Positions 58,421 to 64,000 of a stretch of 64,000 bases of DNA are shown here, piece after piece. Below the pieces are notes generated by a model. It was not told the DNA's origin. It did no database searches and saw only the letters and a list, made by a program, of their open reading frames with translations. Location: the NCBI GenBank assembly GCA_028706745.1, contig JAQTVM010000005.1, positions 5,165-69,164 of the forward strand. The letters are read 5' to 3'. The translations under genes and the position numbers were made by a program. How positions within the stretch are numbered: the stretch's first letter is position 1; the number at the start of each line of letters is the position of its first letter. This stretch comes from Candidatus Nanoarchaeia archaeon (GTDB lineage Archaea; Nanobdellota; Nanobdellia; SCGC-AAA011-G17; GW2011-AR17).

Positions 58421-61400
58421 TTACCTAAATGTTGAATCTGTTTTCTGCAATTGTTTTAGTATGGCATATATTGTAAGTATTCCTGGTCTTGTCTGCCTTA
58501 TAATTGTGCCACATGGCTCTGAAGTGCTCCTTAATGTGCAGCTTTTGTATGTGTAAATAGTATATCTACCCCCGTCTTTCTCTCCTGTTTCAGTTGCGCA
58601 AGCACTGATTTGGTTTGAATTGCAGTGTGATTCCCCTCCCTCTATGCTAAATCCGGCTGGTTCTTGTCCTTTATTATAAACCTTTATGCTGCAGCAACCT
58701 TTTGGTTCTCTTCCTGTTTCCAGAGTTGCATCTGTAATGCAGTTGGGGTTGCAATTCATGCTCATGCAGTCAAGCCCTGTTTTCCACATGCTATCTGAAT
58801 GGTAAGCATCAAAATAAGTTGTAACCTGATACGAGACATCTGGGCACTTCCCGGGTGCTCCGCCATATTTCCAAAATGCATTTTTTATTGTTTCAATATC
58901 ATTTGATTCTATTTTGCTTGTTCTTGCTTTTTGCAGCAGTAAACTTGCTCCGCATTCCAAGTCATTTTTTTGTGTTGCCCCATCATTGCATGCAGAGCAT
59001 CTTGAGCCGTCGTTATTGTTGCATAAAGGCCCCCCGTTAAGTATGCTTGATGTTGTTCTTGCCCCGCCTTCCCTAAGGTGCAATGCAGCGAGCATTTCCC
59101 ATGGCAGTCTGTCTCCTGCAACTTCTTTATATAAGGGGATTAAATTTTTATTTATCCCATTTTTTACAAATTCAACAGTTCTTGTATTTGTCATATCTAC
59201 TTTTGAAAGATCATTGACTTTGGCTTTTGGATCATCGCAGCTCAATGCTGTTATTTGCGGGCATGCGCCCTGTACTGGAATTGTGGATTCTTCTTCAGTT
59301 GTAGTAGTGCTGCTCGTGGTTGTTGCCCTTCTCTCCACTTCCACGCACTGCCCGTTCGTGTTGTATTTGCAGCTTTTTCCTTCGCCTACTTTGCTGGTGC
59401 ATGCCTCATTCTCGCAGGCAGTCTTATCTCCATTGAAAGCAGAGCAGGATTCTGCCTTTATGCAGGCGCGGCAATAGTTCAGCACATATGCATTTGCAAG
59501 AACAGTATTTACAGGCACTGCATAGCAATCCCCCTGATTATGGCAGTCTCTTTTGCTGCAAAGCGCCGTCCCGCAGTCATTGCACTTATTCTCCTCAATC
59601 TGCGCCTGCTGCCCGGCTTCTTCTTCAGAAACCGCCACCTTGAAAACAAAAGGCTCATTCATATTGAATGAAGTCTGGTAAAGCGTTTCAAATTTCTCTG
59701 CATATTGATTGTATACTGCTTCGTCAACAGTAAGCGTGCTGCGCAATTCAGCAAGATTATTCTTGTAAACATCATACAGCTCTGTGACTTTTTCCTGGTA
59801 CTCATTGACAAAAGCAGCCGGCAGTTCCTGTCCACTCATGTAAGGCGCAACATTCTGGTCAAACTCATCAAGGTACATGAAGTACAATGCTTCCAGGTCA
59901 TATTCAAACTTGTCAAGCAGCCTTGAAAATTCCCTTCTTGGGTCTTTCTGCGCGCAGTCTTTTGCAGCCTTGTCCATCAGCTCGGCATACCTGAAGCCTG
60001 CCTCTGCTGAAATCTTTGGCGTTATTGTCCTTGTTTCAAGGTATTTGTAAGCAGACATTGCATTTGCAATGCCGTCACAGGCATCAGTTGAAATCTTTTC
60101 AATCCTTCTTAATTCAGCCATGCTTTCCTCATATTCAAGCACGTCAATGCCCATCTCCTCGCGAAGAGACCTAAATCCAATTTCGTCCAAATGATCGGAA
60201 ACTTCCTGCATTCTGTCAGCGTCATTAATGCTGACTGTCCTTATGTCAATCCAGCACTTGCCCATGCTTCTTCCTGTTGAGTCTTTTCCGCAGGTTCCGA
60301 CTTCTCTCCAGTCAGTCGGGTTCGTGCCCTGCCCCGGGTTCTGCAGCGAGCATACCCTCTGTACCCCCGAGCTTAGCAATCCTGAGCTTGAAGGCGTAGG
60401 AATGCTTCCCAGTGTCGGGCTTGTGCGGGGTGAAGATGCAATGCAGTCTTCTTCAGAATCTATCTGCCTTTGCGCCTCATCCTGCACAATCATGTCTGAA
60501 AGATAATCCAAGGCAAAGTCAGTGCTTACCTTGCCAAATCCGCATTCAGTGTTTCCGTTTAATGTAATGCAGACATTATCATATCCTGTTGGCGCAATGC
60601 AGTCCAGATTAAAAGATGCAATGCCTCCTTTGTCAATTGAGCCCTGCCTTCCTTCGCACCTTTCTGTAACATATCTTACATCATTTGTGATGGAATTTTT
60701 CAAAAACACTGAATATGTGGCGGGATTGTCTTCTCCTGCATATATGTGGTAAAACACACCGTACCTTGAAAGCTGCTGCGTGTCTGAATAGCTTGTTTCA
60801 TCAACAAATACAGTGTATTGCGGAGGTGATTCAGGCTGCGCAAGCTCGTCAAAGAATTCGCCGAATGCAGGCACTTTTCCGAATATTGCCTGCTTGCATA
60901 TTTCAGTGCCTATCTCTGCAGTGCTTCTTGATTCATATGATGCAAACGCGCTTGTTGCATATTCTGAAGTGAAGAATGAAACAGAATCCTCAACATTCTG
61001 TATGCTTGACTCAAATGTAAGGTATTCTCCCCCTCCCTGCTCTTCGCCCATGAATGTTTGTGAAATCCAGTTGAATATTCCGCCTTTCATGTTTATTATT
61101 GCCATCGCCTCTTTCCAAACCAATTCGCAGATGAACACTGAGCGTATCTTGTCGCAGATTCCAACTGAAACACCCTGCACCTGCGCTGTCTTGAGGCATT
61201 CAACATACCCTCTCAGAACAGATTTTATGTTCTGCAGTCCTGCCAATACTCCTGTGAGGCATATCGGCACAGGCTCGTAAGGTATGTCAAAGTTATGTAA
61301 TCCCAAGACAATTGAGCCAATCAATCCTGTCTGCACAACATCATTAACCTGCCACGCTCCGCCCATATTGAATCTTGAAGGCGGGCACATCACAGGGTCG

Positions 61401-64000
61401 CATACGCCGAACAGCATCCTGCAGTCATCCGGGTCCATCACGTCATAGCACGTTGCGCTGCTTCTTGAAGCATCAGTGTTTGCTCTTGAAGTGCTTACCC
61501 CAAAGTCCCTTCCGCCAATGCTTAGCACCTGCCCTTCAGAATGTCTTCCCACCCTGCTTGCTTCCTCAACAAGCCTTCTGTGAAGGGATTCTGATTCAGG
61601 TCTTTCAAGCATGCTTTGGTGCTGTACAAGAATGTCATCATCAGTGCATAACAATCCGTCAGTCCCCACATTCCACTGCTGTATCACGCTCGGGCTTCCG
61701 TCCTGGTAAAAGTCAAGTATCTTTACAAAATTTCCGTTTCCTGAGGGTATGCAGTATGGCTTGCCGTCAGGGTAAAACTCGGCAGTTGCCTGCGGGCTGT
61801 AAGCCGGGTTTTGCTCTGCTGTTGAATAAGCAGTTGTCATTGCGACATAAAGCCTGCCTTCGCCGTCAACATACACATTGCCCTGGTTTGTCCTTAATGG
61901 TGCATTGGGGTTGCCTTCATAAGCTGATTCAACCCTCTGCGCTTCTTCTATAAACTGCTCTTTAAGCTCTTCAGTCATTCCTTCAAGATATCTTGGGCTT
62001 TCAGTGCTTGTTGCATCTGCAATCCCTTTCTGGTAATCATTGACAGTCGCTTCCTGCAGTATTATTCTTCCGTGCGGAGTGTTTGAGTAAAGTTGCCTTC
62101 CTTCCCTTCTGATTGTTGAAAGCGGCGTTACTCCTATCGCTTCAATAAGCGGGAAATCTCCTGACCTTGCGTCGGGCTCTGCAAGGTGCGACTCATATAA
62201 ATCAGAGAACAATATTGACTTGTCCTGTTCGCTTAATGTGCCGAAGTCTCCATAATGCGCATCAACATCGCTCACAGCTGCAAGATAAGCATCAAGCTTT
62301 TCCGCATTTCCCATATGCATTGATGAAAGCTGGGTGTCAACTTCTCCTCTGAGATTATATTCGTATCCGTCTCCGCTCGGCTCGCCGTTAAGGCTGCTGT
62401 AGCCTGATGACTGCCTCATAATCTGCCAGTACCTGTAGTCCCTTAATTGTTCTGGCGAGTACAAGTCACTGCCCATGTAATCCTCATATTCCCTTAAATC
62501 AGTGTATTGCGATGTAAGGTCCCTGTACCAGGGCTGGCTTTTGTAATCTTCCATCTCATCATTTACTGTTTCAATTGCATCCTGCGAATCGTCTATTGTT
62601 GTTTCTATCTCATCTGAATTTTCAATTACGCATTCATTGTAATCATCATACATCCTGCCTTCACCGCTGTTCTGCCTGCAGTAAGCGTCCCATCCTGAAT
62701 TTCCGTCAGGTCCGTGCATTGCAAGCCTTCTTGCCTGCGTTCTTGCCATACCGCTGAAGAATGAATTCTTCAAAGTAAGATATGCAAATGTCACGAGGCA
62801 GACTTTTTTCCATACAGTCACAACATCAGTAAGTGTTGTTATCACTTCATCCAAATCTTCTATGACTGCCTGCGTTGAATTTATCTTGCTGCTTATTTCG
62901 TCAGGAGTCCATTGAATAGCCCTCTTTTCAATCGGAATGTGTACTGAGAAGTTTGTGTTGCTTACCAAAGGCGCGCCTGTTCCGGGGATTACAGTGACGA
63001 TTGCATATTTTTTCAGGTCAACTGATTTCAGTTTTGCGGTTTTGTATGAACTGCCGTAGTCAAGCCTGACATCTGAACCCATCGGCAGTGCTTTTACATT
63101 TGTCCTGTATCCTCTCGGGGCAGTGTCCCTGTATTTTTTCTCTATTATGACTGATTCAGAGCTTATGTCCCTGACAATCCAGTTGTACTTTCTTTCAACC
63201 CCGTCCTCTCCTGTCTCTGCGATGTCCATTGCAAACAGGTTGTTTCCGGAGCTGAGCTTTTTTGTTCCTTCAGCTTCCACTTCAATGGTTGCAGAAGGCT
63301 TATCCTCATTCTCAAAAGGCATGTCAAGCACCATAACCCTTATTGAAACGCCGTTGTCCTCAAACTCTCCAATCTTGTACCTTGAGTGCAGTTTTGCATC
63401 CTCTTCAAGTTCAGTGATTCTTGATTTTGCAAGCGGTATGAATTCTCCGAGATTATTCTTGATTGACAGCCTGTAATACTTTAATGCAGTTTCAGTGTCG
63501 CCAAGCCAATAATATATTTCACCAAGCTTGTAATTCGCCCTGTCTTCATAAAATATCCCTTTGTCATCCTTTATCCCGAAGTAAAGCTCAGCCACTCTTT
63601 TGTATTCTTCCGCAGCTGTGCAGTAAACCATCTCCTGAGTTGATGATTTTATTATCTCAAGCCACTGCTCTGCAGTATCGCCTTCCCTGAACATGATTAC
63701 CTTGTTTTTGCAGATTCCCTCGCCTGCTCCTGCCGCAATGGTGGCTCTTATTGTCTCTGCAGGCATTTCAGTTGCAACAATTCCGCTTTCGCAGCACTTG
63801 TACCAAGCAGCGCTGTTTGAAAGGCATTTGCCTGCAACAAAAGATGCTTTTTCTTCCATTGTGTCATCTGCATAACAAGTAAGAGTCCTGCTGTCAGCGC
63901 ACATTCCGCCTGCTGATTCGCATTCTTCGTCGCCTGCCGCAATTCCGGTGCTTTGCGTTGCTATTCCATAAGATGCCTGTGTTTCTTCCTGCACCCACCT
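58421..64000 (-). CDS. Giant Cys-rich cell-surface protein (5' end outside window) with TPR, coiled coil and C-terminal lysozyme/SLT-like domain
   Basis: The frame is open to base 64000. TPR ANYKLGEIYYWLGDTETALKYY; CDPVMCPPSRF; SLT-like LYKEVAGDRLPWEMLAALHLREGG. Confidence 0.85.
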   Translation of the reverse strand, partial: RWVQEETQASYGIATQSTGIAAGDEECESAGGMCADSRTLTCYADDTMEEKASFVAGKCLSNSAAWYKCCESGIVATEMPAETIRATIAAGAGEGICKNKVIMFREGDTAEQWLEIIKSSTQEMVYCTAAEEYKRVAELYFGIKDDKGIFYEDRANYKLGEIYYWLGDTETALKYYRLSIKNNLGEFIPLAKSRITELEEDAKLHSRYKIGEFEDNGVSIRVMVLDMPFENEDKPSATIEVEAEGTKKLSSGNNLFAMDIAETGEDGVERKYNWIVRDISSESVIIEKKYRDTAPRGYRTNVKALPMGSDVRLDYGSSYKTAKLKSVDLKKYAIVTVIPGTGAPLVSNTNFSVHIPIEKRAIQWTPDEISSKINSTQAVIEDLDEVITTLTDVVTVWKKVCLVTFAYLTLKNSFFSGMARTQARRLAMHGPDGNSGWDAYCRQNSGEGRMYDDYNECVIENSDEIETTIDDSQDAIETVNDEMEDYKSQPWYRDLTSQYTDLREYEDYMGSDLYSPEQLRDYRYWQIMRQSSGYSSLNGEPSGDGYEYNLRGEVDTQLSSMHMGNAEKLDAYLAAVSDVDAHYGDFGTLSEQDKSILFSDLYESHLAEPDARSGDFPLIEAIGVTPLSTIRREGRQLYSNTPHGRIILQEATVNDYQKGIADATSTESPRYLEGMTEELKEQFIEEAQRVESAYEGNPNAPLRTNQGNVYVDGEGRLYVAMTTAYSTAEQNPAYSPQATAEFYPDGKPYCIPSGNGNFVKILDFYQDGSPSVIQQWNVGTDGLLCTDDDILVQHQSMLERPESESLHRRLVEEASRVGRHSEGQVLSIGGRDFGVSTSRANTDASRSSATCYDVMDPDDCRMLFGVCDPVMCPPSRFNMGGAWQVNDVVQTGLIGSIVLGLHNFDIPYEPVPICLTGVLAGLQNIKSVLRGYVECLKTAQVQGVSVGICDKIRSVFICELVWKEAMAIINMKGGIFNWISQTFMGEEQGGGEYLTFESSIQNVEDSVSFFTSEYATSAFASYESRSTAEIGTEICKQAIFGKVPAFGEFFDELAQPESPPQYTVFVDETSYSDTQQLSRYGVFYHIYAGEDNPATYSVFLKNSITNDVRYVTERCEGRQGSIDKGGIASFNLDCIAPTGYDNVCITLNGNTECGFGKVSTDFALDYLSDMIVQDEAQRQIDSEEDCIASSPRTSPTLGSIPTPSSSGLLSSGVQRVCSLQNPGQGTNPTDWREVGTCGKDSTGRSMGKCWIDIRTVSINDADRMQEVSDHLDEIGFRSLREEMGIDVLEYEESMAELRRIEKISTDACDGIANAMSAYKYLETRTITPKISAEAGFRYAELMDKAAKDCAQKDPRREFSRLLDKFEYDLEALYFMYLDEFDQNVAPYMSGQELPAAFVNEYQEKVTELYDVYKNNLAELRSTLTVDEAVYNQYAEKFETLYQTSFNMNEPFVFKVAVSEEEAGQQAQIEENKCNDCGTALCSKRDCHNQGDCYAVPVNTVLANAYVLNYCRACIKAESCSAFNGDKTACENEACTSKVGEGKSCKYNTNGQCVEVERRATTTSSTTTTEEESTIPVQGACPQITALSCDDPKAKVNDLSKVDMTNTRTVEFVKNGINKNLIPLYKEVAGDRLPWEMLAALHLREGGARTTSSILNGGPLCNNNDGSRCSACNDGATQKNDLECGASLLLQKARTSKIESNDIETIKNAFWKYGGAPGKCPDVSYQVTTYFDAYHSDSMWKTGLDCMSMNCNPNCITDATLETGREPKGCCSIKVYNKGQEPAGFSIEGGESHCNSNQISACATETGEKDGGRYTIYTYKSCTLRSTSEPCGTIIRQTRPGILTIYAILKQLQKTDSTFR

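Noticed and set aside
58855..63942. Plus-strand and short alternate-frame ORFs within the right-end giant gene
   Set aside because: They are shadows with no recognisable motifs. The GTG at 63994 is not the true start, since the frame continues off the window.
1..64000. CRISPR array or cas genes
   Set aside because: No regularly spaced 25-45 bp repeats with unique spacers, and no Cas motifs.

Overview
Archaeal chromosomal DNA, most likely from a DPANN lineage such as Woesearchaeota or Pacearchaeota (inferred). The evidence is aRF1, rps8e, an Lsm-rpl37e pair, Mre11/Rad50, a short archaeal ValRS, ScpB, a class III signal-peptide pilin, TATA-box promoters on mostly leaderless genes, and a tRNA-Leu(TAG) without encoded CCA. 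Both ends of the window fall inside giant surface-protein genes. The left one (<1-7577, minus strand, missing from the ORF track) has an N-glycan-sequon stalk, an ALK/LTK-like glycine-rich domain, two LamG, two nidogen-like and a beta-helix domain. The right one (58421->64000) ends in a lysozyme/SLT-like domain and lies next to two M64-type metallopeptidases. The most notable observations are: (1) four single-gene accessory cassettes (two AAA ATPases, ORF6N, Fic), each bracketed by its own 18-75 bp direct repeat, three of which regenerate neighbouring gene ends, with no integrase or transposase in view; (2) an AT-rich RiPP-like locus with an unannotated 34-aa peptide ending in Cys, followed by a radical SAM/SPASM-methyltransferase fusion; (3) a stand-alone, apparently catalytically dead Hint domain after aRF1; (4) a four-helix-bundle gene enclosed by inverted heptamer arrays; (5) two AbiE toxin-antitoxin pairs, a PRTase-DprA pair and a GNAT-ASCH pair. 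All functional calls come from reading motifs by eye; no database searches were run.
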